Shown piece after piece: positions 49,860 through 59,200 of a DNA stretch of 64,000 nt. Position 1 is the stretch's first letter. Each line of letters begins with the position of its first letter. Both the position numbers and the translations under genes were made by a program. Source of the DNA: an uncultured Gemmatimonadaceae bacterium. Lineage in GTDB: Bacteria > Gemmatimonadota > Gemmatimonadetes > Gemmatimonadales > Gemmatimonadaceae. The notes below the pieces were generated by a model. That model did no database searches and was not told the origin of the DNA. It saw only the letters and a list, made by a program, of their open reading frames with translations. The stretch lies in contig CAWFQK010000003.1 of the NCBI GenBank assembly GCA_963817955.1, forward strand, positions 192,001-256,000, read 5' to 3'.

Positions 49860-49914
49860 CGTTACACTAGTCGGTCCAGGTGTAACGGCTGGATAATGGT
49901 GTAGCCATTACTAT
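49860..49914 (+). promoter_or_regulatory. Direct-repeat activator motif, copy C, with -10-like TACTAT
   Basis: GTTAC(49861), GTAACGGC(49882), ATAAT(49893), TACTAT(49909); aligns with the copies at 60526 and 60675. Confidence 0.6.
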
Positions 49915-49987
49915 GCGCCCTGTTCCCGTGCCTTCGTCGGGCCTAACGCGGCGATGACGTCGCGAACGTAACATTGAATAGGTGACC

Positions 49988-50668
49988 ATGATGCTGAAGA
50001 CTATGACTCCCGCGCGCCGCCGCGCTGGTTTCACACTGATCGAGACCATCGTCACGGTGGGTCTCATCGCGGTGCTCGCCGCCTTCGTGATTCCATCGGT
50101 CATTCAAAAGGCCGGCGCGGGCGATCCGGTCAAGGTTCAGAACGACCTGAACACGGTTCGGACGGCAATCGAGACCTTCGCCACCGACACCAAGGCAGGA
50201 TTTCCACATCAAATATCGTTGTTGACCTCCAAGCCAGTCGCGGCGACCGATCACCTCATCGACAGCACCCTGATTACCAGCGGACAGGTGTCGCTCTGGA
50301 ACGGTCCATACCTTGGGGCGACGATCTCTTCGACAGTCAAGGACAGCATCGCCACTGGCTATACGGCGTACATCCGCAATTTCATCGACCGCTACGACAT
50401 CGTGAATAATGCCGCGGCTCACGATACGCTGGGTGTAGTCAATGTGGCATTTTCGGCGACGAGCACGCTCTTCGCAGCAATACGCATCGACGGACTGACC
50501 GTCGCGCAGGCAAAGGCGATGAACACGTTGTTCGACGGCGCAAACGACGCGAACCTGGGGGACGGATCGAATACGACCGGCCGGTTCCGCTTCCTCGCTC
50601 CGGCGCTGACGGGTCCTCAAGCCAACCAAGTCGTCGCCTACTATATGGCTGCACCGATCACCCAATAG
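49988..50668 (+). CDS. Prepilin-type (GspG-like) pilin 1
   Basis: RRRAG/FTLIE plus hydrophobic helix; WNGPYL; NTLFDG; several possible starts (49982-50003). Confidence 0.88.
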   Translation: MMLKTMTPARRRAGFTLIETIVTVGLIAVLAAFVIPSVIQKAGAGDPVKVQNDLNTVRTAIETFATDTKAGFPHQISLLTSKPVAATDHLIDSTLITSGQVSLWNGPYLGATISSTVKDSIATGYTAYIRNFIDRYDIVNNAAAHDTLGVVNVAFSATSTLFAAIRIDGLTVAQAKAMNTLFDGANDANLGDGSNTTGRFRFLAPALTGPQANQVVAYYMAAPITQ

Positions 50669-50677
50669 GCGCACACC

Positions 50678-51394
50678 ATGGTCAGCGAGCTGCAGGACAG
50701 CATGGTCGACATGCGCGCGTTGCGCCAGCGGCGTGGCTTTACCCTCATCGAGACGATCGTCACGGTAGGACTGATTTCCGTGATGGCGGCGTTCGTCGTG
50801 CCCTCTGTACTCAAGAAGGCCGATGCCGCAGATCCGGTGAAGGTGGCGACCGATCTGAACTCCATCTCAACGGCTATCCAGTCGTTCGCGTCAGACGTCA
50901 AGGGTGCTTTGCCTGGGGATCTCGAAGATCTCACCGATCCGTTGATGACCAACGGGACGTGCAACACGATCAATCCGTGCGATTCCACGGTTACGCACGT
51001 CAACATCTTCACGGTTGCGCAGGCGGCGCTCTGGCGTGGACCGTACTTGCAGGCGTCGATTGGTCCGAGCCCAGATGCGGCGATTCGTAGCGGATATGTG
51101 GCAGATATCCACAATACCCTGGTGCGCTACGATGCCACGAGCGGGGTGCCAGAGTGGTGTTCCGGCATCGGAACACAGCTCGTCCCTTGCGCTGGATTCA
51201 TCGTGACGAATCCACTGTACGTAGCGGTGCGGGTGGACAGTCTCAATCTTGCCCAGGCGCTGATCGTCAACAACATCATCGACGGACCAAACGAGGCGCA
51301 GCCAGGCTTGCAGGGACGCTTCCGGTTCCCCACGCCAGCGTCGCCAACGGCTTTGGCGACACCGGCTTACTTCCTGGCTACGCCGGTGCCGTAA
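50678..51394 (+). CDS. Prepilin-type (GspG-like) pilin 2
   Basis: QRRG/FTLIE; WRGPYL; two Cys pairs; NNIIDG. Confidence 0.88.
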   Translation: MVSELQDSMVDMRALRQRRGFTLIETIVTVGLISVMAAFVVPSVLKKADAADPVKVATDLNSISTAIQSFASDVKGALPGDLEDLTDPLMTNGTCNTINPCDSTVTHVNIFTVAQAALWRGPYLQASIGPSPDAAIRSGYVADIHNTLVRYDATSGVPEWCSGIGTQLVPCAGFIVTNPLYVAVRVDSLNLAQALIVNNIIDGPNEAQPGLQGRFRFPTPASPTALATPAYFLATPVP

Positions 51395-51480
51395 CAGTGT
51401 TTGCCGAGAATTAAAGATTGCGGGGCCGAGAGCCGATACTCAAATGTTGGTACCCGGCCCCAGTTCGTATCAGGGATACG

Positions 51481-51531
51481 AAAAGTGGCACAAAATGCTC
51501 CTTGCAAGAGTTGACATTTAGTGCCACTCTT
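51481..51531. promoter_or_regulatory. 17-bp inverted repeat overlapping TTGACA upstream of the large lipoprotein gene
   Basis: AAAAGTGGCACAAAATG vs CATTTAGTGCCACTCTT (15/17 match); TTGACA at 51511. Confidence 0.45.
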
Positions 51532-51725
51532 TAGCCTGGTGGGAATGCTTTTGGCACCGATGTAGGTGCAGCACGAAGTTCGATCGCGCGTGGCAACGCT
51601 GGCCGCGCGTTGGGCAAATCAAATTTGTGACATGGATGGCGGCGCGAATCTTGTGTTCGTTGCCGATGTGTTCGCGCTGTTTCGGCACTCTGCCGTGAAG
51701 TATTTCTTTGGACGAGACCTCGACG

Positions 51726-54700
51726 ATGATCTCTCTCCGGTCGTTCGCTTCCTCTACGGTTCTTGCGTGCGCTGCGCTGCTGGTCGCAGGCTGTACGGAC
51801 GGCCCAATGGGCCCCCTGAGCGCAACGCGTCAGGCGGGCAAGGCGAATTTCGACGGGAAGGTCGGTAGCACTGGCAATTCCGCCAAGAACGGCTCGATCG
51901 ACGTGCGCGTGCTGCTCGACAAGAGCGGCGGCGCGGTGCTCGAGATCCGTACCGGCACCTTTGACGACGCCACGAATACCGGAACGCCTAACGGCTACTT
52001 CCAGAATGTTCAGTACAAGGTGTATGACGGGTCAAAGAAGCAGGTGCAGGTAGAGAACGTCAAATTCAAGACCGACGGAACCACCAAATACGTCACGTCG
52101 ATCAACCTCTGCTCCACGAATGAAGATGAGGAGTACGACGACCACAACCACGACCACGACCACGACCACGACCGCGACCACAACCATGAGAATCGCACGC
52201 CGTCGTGCGCAAAGACGTTCGGCGCCGGCTGGACCGTGTCTGTCCAGGCGAATCTCAAGGGCGTCGGCGGCGACGACAAGAAGACCGACGTTGTTCGCGT
52301 CGATGGAACGCCGGTGTATCTCCCCGACGTCGACCTGACCAAACAGGGCATTTACGTTGTTGGCGCCGACGGATCGCAGTCGCCCGCATCGCAGGTGACA
52401 CCTGGCGTGGCAACGACGTACTCCGTCACGATTCCCAACAACAAGCCTGTGCTTGGCTTGCCGAACAGCGTTGGCGTCGTCACGACGTGCGCCGTGTCCG
52501 TCGATGGCATCACGCAATTCGCACTGCCAACGTCAGGTTTCGGCAAAAGCTCCAATCCGAACCTGTTCAGCTATGTCGGCAGCGGCACGCAGACGATCGC
52601 CGGTGGAGCGAGCGCCCCCTGCCAGTTCACGCTGACATTGTCAGCCGGCAAGCACACCGTCAAGGTGACCGCAGTCGTTCTGTATCCCGGCGATTACGAT
52701 AGTTTGAACAACAGCACTCAGGCGATCACCGTCACGGCGGTCTCCGGGTCGCCGGACATCGCGGCCGGCGTGCTGCAGGCCGACATCGGGAACGGACAAG
52801 TACAGACTCTCGACAAGACGATTTACGCGGGTCAGTCGCTCAACCTCGACCAATGGGTGTCGCTCGTCAGCGGCGCTCCGCCGGGAACCGTGACGTGCAC
52901 CCTGACGATCACCAATACCGCCACGAACGCCGTTACGACGGCGAGCGGCTCCGTGGCACTGACGTCGGGCGATGCCAAGGCTTGCGCGATTCCGTACAGC
53001 TTTGCAGCGGCAGGCACGTACTCGGTGACCAGCGTCGTCATGCCCCCGTCCGGCGTGACCGATCCAGTCCTTGCCAACAATACCGCGACGAATACGGTCA
53101 CGGTGAGCGTGGCTGTCGCATCGGCGAATGTCGTCGTCAGCAGCCTCGCGTTCACGGACGCCGCGGTGAACGCGACGACGCAAGTATTCTCGCCGTCATC
53201 AAATCCAGCGGCAGACACCATTCATTCTGGCGACGTCGTCACGTACGCGGCGACGGTCAGCGCGAGCAACTTCCTGAACGCCACGTCGGTCCCGTCAGTC
53301 ACCTGCACGGCAACGGACAACGGAACCGACATCACCAAGTCCGTTACGTGGATCAAGCAGGCGGTGGCGAGCTTGGGGACGAGCGCCCAATCGTGCAGCT
53401 TCCAGTACACGATCACCGAGAGCGACGTGAATTCGTCGCACCCGCATACGATCGGCGTGTCGGTCTCGACCGGGAATTTCACCAATACCGCGACGACCAA
53501 CGCGACCGGCACGGGAACGGTCACGATTCCGGCGGTTTCCCCGCAGGCTGCGGTCGTCGTAAGCCAGCTGTCGTTCACGGATGCAGCCGAGCACATCACG
53601 TCGCGCGCCTTCTCGCCCACCGCCGATCCAACGGCGGATACCGTACACTCGGGTGACGTGGCCAGGTACGAGGCAACGATCAGCGCCACGGGCTTCCGAA
53701 ATGCTACGGCCGTGCCGGTGACGTGTTCTGCAACGGTGGATGGAGTGAGCGTCACGTCCGGTTGGGTTACGCAGACGATCAGTCTTGGTACGACGCCGCA
53801 AGTGTGCAGCTTTACGCGCGCGATCACTGAGACTGACAATCTGATGCACCCGCACAACATCCAGTTCTTCGTCACGACCGGCACGTTCGTGAACACGGCG
53901 AAACCGGCAGATACGAGCCGGCTCGGTGTGATCAATGACTACCGACGCGTGGATGTTTCGGTGGGCGCGCTTCAGTTGCTCAATGCGAGCGGCAACCCGA
54001 TCGATCTTTCAAAGAACGGTGTGCAGCAAGGCGCGACGGTAACGTTGCAGGTTCCGATCACGAATCTCGATCCGACGACGGCAACGTCGGTGAACTGCGG
54101 TATCCTCTCGAACGACACCGGCGCCCCTATTACCACATTCGCGTTGCCGTCTGCGGACATCGTGGCGAGCTCGCTCAGGCCGGTGACGCTCACCACCACC
54201 GCCATCACTCTGGCGGCGAATGGCACCGGCGTATGCCAGTACAGCGTTACGGCACCGACCGACCAAGGCCTGATTTCAATCCCGCTGGTTGCGTTGGTGA
54301 CGTCCACGACGGATAGTCCGCCCGATCCCGATCCCCGGAACAACGCATCGTTCGGTAGCCTGACCGTCGTCAGCAGCGGCGCGTTCACGAATGTGGCCGG
54401 CGGCGTCTTCAGCCTGGCGCAGGAGTGGACAAATCCGTTCACCCCGGCGTCTGATTGGCCGGTGGTTGGCACGCTCGACAACCAGAACTTTAAGGCGTCT
54501 CAGCTCTCACTGCTGGTCGTGCCGACGAAAAATATTCTGGGAACGTTCGCGCTGAGCGGAACAGTGATTAGTGGCCCAGCCACTGCACCCGTCACGTTCG
54601 GCACCGGGACGCTTCCGGCGGCCGAGCTTCGTGCTTCGACCGGACCGGGCGATACGCCGTGCATCACCATCGGACCGTTGGCTCCGCTCGGCAACGCCGG

Positions 54701-55019
54701 CGAGCCAGAAATCAAGTATTTCGCACAGGTCTGCGCGACGCAGGCGCCTCAGGACGGTTTCCAGGCGATCTTTGTGAACTACTCCCAGTCGATGCAAGGG
54801 CCGCTGGCGCCGACTCCGACCACCCTGTTCTTCACGAATTCGGTTGTGATGAAGATCCGGCTTGATTTCACGCTTACAGGCAGCACCATTGCGGATAAGG
54901 TCACCGCTACTATTACCGTGCCGGTGATTACGCTAGCCGATAATTGCGGCCCCAACCAGGGTGGGACCGCAAATGCATGTTCGACCACCTTCGGAGCCCC
55001 CACGGTTTCGACCCCGTAA
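51726..55019 (+). CDS. Large Thr/Ser-rich lipoprotein with ~5 Ig/CARDB-like repeats (putative adhesin)
   Basis: Lipobox LVAGC; repeated TC...C.F beta-sandwich units, several ending in D...NN; His-Asp loop. Confidence 0.75.
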   Translation: MISLRSFASSTVLACAALLVAGCTDGPMGPLSATRQAGKANFDGKVGSTGNSAKNGSIDVRVLLDKSGGAVLEIRTGTFDDATNTGTPNGYFQNVQYKVYDGSKKQVQVENVKFKTDGTTKYVTSINLCSTNEDEEYDDHNHDHDHDHDRDHNHENRTPSCAKTFGAGWTVSVQANLKGVGGDDKKTDVVRVDGTPVYLPDVDLTKQGIYVVGADGSQSPASQVTPGVATTYSVTIPNNKPVLGLPNSVGVVTTCAVSVDGITQFALPTSGFGKSSNPNLFSYVGSGTQTIAGGASAPCQFTLTLSAGKHTVKVTAVVLYPGDYDSLNNSTQAITVTAVSGSPDIAAGVLQADIGNGQVQTLDKTIYAGQSLNLDQWVSLVSGAPPGTVTCTLTITNTATNAVTTASGSVALTSGDAKACAIPYSFAAAGTYSVTSVVMPPSGVTDPVLANNTATNTVTVSVAVASANVVVSSLAFTDAAVNATTQVFSPSSNPAADTIHSGDVVTYAATVSASNFLNATSVPSVTCTATDNGTDITKSVTWIKQAVASLGTSAQSCSFQYTITESDVNSSHPHTIGVSVSTGNFTNTATTNATGTGTVTIPAVSPQAAVVVSQLSFTDAAEHITSRAFSPTADPTADTVHSGDVARYEATISATGFRNATAVPVTCSATVDGVSVTSGWVTQTISLGTTPQVCSFTRAITETDNLMHPHNIQFFVTTGTFVNTAKPADTSRLGVINDYRRVDVSVGALQLLNASGNPIDLSKNGVQQGATVTLQVPITNLDPTTATSVNCGILSNDTGAPITTFALPSADIVASSLRPVTLTTTAITLAANGTGVCQYSVTAPTDQGLISIPLVALVTSTTDSPPDPDPRNNASFGSLTVVSSGAFTNVAGGVFSLAQEWTNPFTPASDWPVVGTLDNQNFKASQLSLLVVPTKNILGTFALSGTVISGPATAPVTFGTGTLPAAELRASTGPGDTPCITIGPLAPLGNAGEPEIKYFAQVCATQAPQDGFQAIFVNYSQSMQGPLAPTPTTLFFTNSVVMKIRLDFTLTGSTIADKVTATITVPVITLADNCGPNQGGTANACSTTFGAPTVSTP

Positions 55020-55038
55020 GCTGCGCCGCGCACTTCGT

Positions 55039-55079
55039 AACGCGCCATCGACTCGGATCGTCTGAGTGATGGCGCGTTT
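55039..55079 (+). terminator. Stem-loop after the lipoprotein gene
   Basis: AACGCGCCATC/GATGGCGCGTT and ACTCGGA/TCTGAGT arms; only a short T run. Confidence 0.5.
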
Positions 55080-55104
55080 CGCGTTCCGTACCCGCGTGTA
55101 CATC

Positions 55105-55732
55105 ATGAAGCGTTCTCATCGACTTGGTCGCGGCTTCACCCTGATGGAGGTTGCTGTCGCCGCCGCCATCTTGGCGATGCTTGCCGCGGTAACGTCTCCG
55201 TACCTCGTTGAGTTCATCGACAAGCAGCAGGCCCAAACGACCGCAGACAAGCTCGCGGCGCTCGCCGCAGGCGTGGCTGCCTTCGAGAACAATGTGCACT
55301 CCGGCGCCGCCGCCACGGCTCTGACGTATCCTGGACGCATTGGCGAACTGGCAAACGCCATCACTGCCTCGAACGCGTCATACCGTAATAGTTGTGGGGT
55401 TAACTTCAACGCGACTGCCGTCACGGGCTGGAATAGCTTTGGCCCATTCGTAACGTTCTACGTCGACAGCACCAACGGCTACAGCACGCCGCTTGGCATG
55501 GTGAGTGATGCAATGGTCCGCAATCCGACCACCGCGAACGGCAGCAGCACGGGCGCCGGCACGTTGGCCCTTCGCATGATTGCGATCGACTCTTCCGATG
55601 CCGTCGATCTCGATCTCATCGTTGACGGTGGCGATGGCGGTGCCTCAGGTGTCCTCCGCTACACCATCGGCACGACGACGGCACATATGGCCGACGTGTC
55701 GTATTTCATTCCGGTCGCGGACCAAGTGCTGA
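55105..55732 (+). CDS. Prepilin-type pilin 3 (fused in frame to pilin 4 as given; probable true end ...ADKC* at 55732)
   Basis: LGRG/FTLME; DLIVDG; AAG TGC TGA in the +1 frame at 55724-55732. Confidence 0.75.
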
Positions 55733-56295
55733 AACGCCGCCGCGCACAACAGGGCTTTACGCTCGCCGAAGTGCTCGTGGCCTTCGTGTTGATTGGCGTG
55801 CTCGCGGCCGTCATCGTTCCCACCGTTCGCGGCCGGCTGCAGTCGGGCTACGAGAGCGCCATCATCTCGGAATTCACCAACCTGTCGTCCGCCATCACCG
55901 CGTATCGTCAGGACGTCGGCAAATACCCACCCAGTCTCGATTATCTGTCGGCTCTCCGGACGCCGACGCCGTTAGATCGGTGCGGCATCGCGCTCAGCGC
56001 GAATGCGATTGCCTCGTGGCGCGGACCCTATACCACGCGCACCATTCCGATCGTCGGTGGCGGCGGCGGCTACATGTTCGCGTCAAAGGACACCATCGCC
56101 GATCTCATGTCAGTGAGCACCGCGCCAGTCGGCTTTTCGATCACGCTCAAGGGCCCCGACACGCTCACCGCTCACAACGTCGATCTTCAAGTGGATGGCG
56201 TCGCCAACGCGACCGCCGGCAATCTGCAGTGGACGGTCAACGGGGCGGACGTCTGGATCAACTACATCATTGCCACAAAATCCGGAGCCTGTTGA
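55726..56295 (+). CDS. Prepilin-type (GspG-like) pilin 4
   Basis: GTG start, KRRRAQQG/FTLAE; D.GKYP; WRGPY; DLQVDG; ends in Cys. Confidence 0.82.
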   Translation: MLKRRRAQQGFTLAEVLVAFVLIGVLAAVIVPTVRGRLQSGYESAIISEFTNLSSAITAYRQDVGKYPPSLDYLSALRTPTPLDRCGIALSANAIASWRGPYTTRTIPIVGGGGGYMFASKDTIADLMSVSTAPVGFSITLKGPDTLTAHNVDLQVDGVANATAGNLQWTVNGADVWINYIIATKSGAC

Positions 56296-56298
56296 TCC

Positions 56299-59200
56299 TC
56301 AGCGCCGGACGGCGCGCCCCGGAAGCTCTACCAGCAAGTCCGAAAGCGCGACAGTGCTTCCCGTAGCTCGCCCGCCAAGCCACAATTGCGCGGGCGTTGC
56401 CATTTCATCGCCAAGAAACTTGAGTGAAGAACGCCAGCGCACCTGACCATCCACTGAGAACGTCACGACTTGGTCGCCTCCGATCGTGATCTCGACCGTG
56501 TGGCTGTCGGCTGGACGGAACAGAGATACGGGCTCCGACGAAGTCTGCTGGCCCACCGAGTACATGAGAACGCCAGCCGCGCCGTCCCAGCTCACTGCGG
56601 CCATGGGCGCAAATCGCGGCGCCGCCCGATCGATCGCCGTCACATCGGCCAGCGGCACGAGTGCCATTGTTGCCGTGGCCGCCGACGGACGCCCGCTGAA
56701 TGGCGCAAACAGACGGGCGCGCACGTGCAGTCCGGAACGCAACTCGAGGCCTGGACGCAAGAGAACGCCGCTTTCCCATTCCATGTCGCCGTTCGGATAG
56801 ACCGCCCGCTTCGCCGAGCCGGCGATGACGCCCACGTACGGGAGTGGTGCGCCGAGCGGCAGCCACTGCGCACTCACGGTGCTGCCTATGAATTCATCGG
56901 TGATGTGAAGCCGCTCCGTCGATGTCACCGCGAGCGTGAGTGTGTCGGCGCGCCAACCAGGAAGCAATGCGACGACACGAACGTTGCCTACGGCGCGCCC
57001 GACGACTTTCAATCCGGCGGTGTTTCCCGTCCCCGGCGCCGAGTCGCTCAATGCAATTATGCCTGGGTCGAGCACCTTCCAGTCAGCAATCGTTCCGCTG
57101 ACGAGCGCTCCCGCAACGGAAACGGTGAATGCGGTCAGCCGCACCGTATCTCCCACGCCGAGCGCTGCGCTGCCGAGGACCCGGACGCGGTCGATGTACA
57201 CGCGCGCGGCCCCATCCCACCGTGCGATGCCGAACTGCCGGCCCGGCGGCGTGACACGGCGGGGTGATCCACCGAGCGTCGGCCGAACGTAGATCCCCAG
57301 ATCGCCATCTCGCACCGACTGGAATGCGAGCATGCGGCCATCGGGCGAGAACACCGCACCATCGTCGCCATTCCGATCGGAGACGGGCCACAGTCGCGCA
57401 TTGTCGAAATCGTATACGTAAAGACGCGGTCCGCCATTCCGTGTGCTCGTGAACACGAGCATCGAACCATCCGGCGACCAATTGATGTTGTAGTCATCAG
57501 CTGGATTAGCACTCAGGTTTCGTTGCTCCGAACCATCCGGTCTGCTGACGAACACGTCGCGCTGCCTCCCGGAGGTGGAGCGGGCCACCCACGCCACCCA
57601 TAAACCTGTCGGCGACCAGCGTGCTTCCGTCACGGTACGCGATGCAGACGTGTCGATTGGAACGAGCACATTGCGTTGGTCAATCGACGCGCGAAACAGA
57701 TCGGTGTCGAAGCTCCCGTCGTCGAGCGTGCGCGACCGGGACACCAGCAGCGACCTGCTGTCCGGCGACCAGGCGAGTGCCGTATTGTCTCCGGGGCCTG
57801 CCGCTATGATCAGTGTGTCATGCCGATCGGCGGACAAGACATACACCTCCCGTCCGCGAGTGGTAACCCGCTCGAGCGCGACGCGTTGGCGATCGGGAGC
57901 GACGATTGGTGCGAGCCAGGGTGCGCCGAGCGAATCAATCCATTGCAGCCCGGCGGCGTTCGTCGGAATCGGGACGAGCACACTGGCTCCCCGAAGCGCC
58001 CCAACGTCGGCGCGCAACTGATTCTGTCCGCGCGCGTCGCGCTCCGACACGATCAAGGTATCAGCCACGCTGCCCGCGGCCATTCGCGTGGTGACGGCGC
58101 GGCGAAAAGCCATACCGGCGAGGAACACGACGATCGAAATCGCGATTGCGCGAGCCCATTGCGCCCGAGTGGCCCTTTTCCGGACGGCGAAGGGAATGTG
58201 CGCGGTGGCGGACGTCGACGGCTCCGCTGTCTGCGCTGGCAAGTCGAGTGGCTCGACCACAACGTCAGGTTCGCTCGCCTCGACGGTCTCGACCGCCGGC
58301 GCCGCAGCCGCCTCCTCAGGCGACGGCAGGGCGAGTCGGCCGCCTCCAAACGCGACCAGCAGAGCGTCAATGTCCTGGCGTGCCGCGGCGTTCGGCGCAA
58401 AGGTCAGCGCGATGCCGAGTAGGCGCACGACCTCTGGAGAAGCTCCCATTGATGCCGCGGTGAACGCAGCCTTTCGTGCATGCGCGAACGCCTCGCGCGA
58501 TCTGCCGGCAACAGCGTAGAGCGCCGCGAGCTCAGAGTCGGTGCAATCCGGCTCTGCCGCGAGGGCATCCCCTGCCCACCCTGCGAGCAATGCTCGTCCC
58601 GCCAGTCCGCTGCCGTCCACGAGAAAAGACGTCGTCGAGTCGTGCGACACGACGTAACCATCGGATATCGCGCGCAGCAGTCCGACGCGCGTCAGGTCCT
58701 CCACGGCGTCAAAGGTCGCGCTCTCCGGAAGATGCGCCGCGGCAGCGAGCAAACGCAGCGAGGCGGTACGCTCAAAGAGAGACGCAGCAAAAAACACGCG
58801 TCGCTGTGAAGGCGACGCGCCTTGAAGTCGCGCCCACAACATGTCGCGCATCGATGCAGGAAGATCACTGGCTCCCTGACCAGCCGCCGCGCGCCGCGCC
58901 AGCTCGATGGCCGTGACCGGAACGCCCCGCGAAGCGTGGGCAATCCGCTCGACGTCAACCGCCGTGCGCGTTGCCTCTGGAAGCTGCTCGCGCACGAGCG
59001 TCGTCGTCTCGTCATGGGACAGCGGACCAAGCTCGATCCGGGTGTCGGGGCTCTGTTCATCGACCGTCGCCAGCTCGCGCAACCGTTCGATGGTTTGCTG
59101 TGCGCTTCGATCGGGACTGTAGGCGACGACAAATAGAATGGGCGAGTCGTGCAGACGGTGCGACAGATACGTCAACAGGTCGAGCGTCGAGCTGGATGCA

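Noticed and set aside
51486..51570. sigma54 promoters at the TGGCAC sites upstream of the lipoprotein gene
   Set aside because: No TTGC at the required GG-N10-GC spacing
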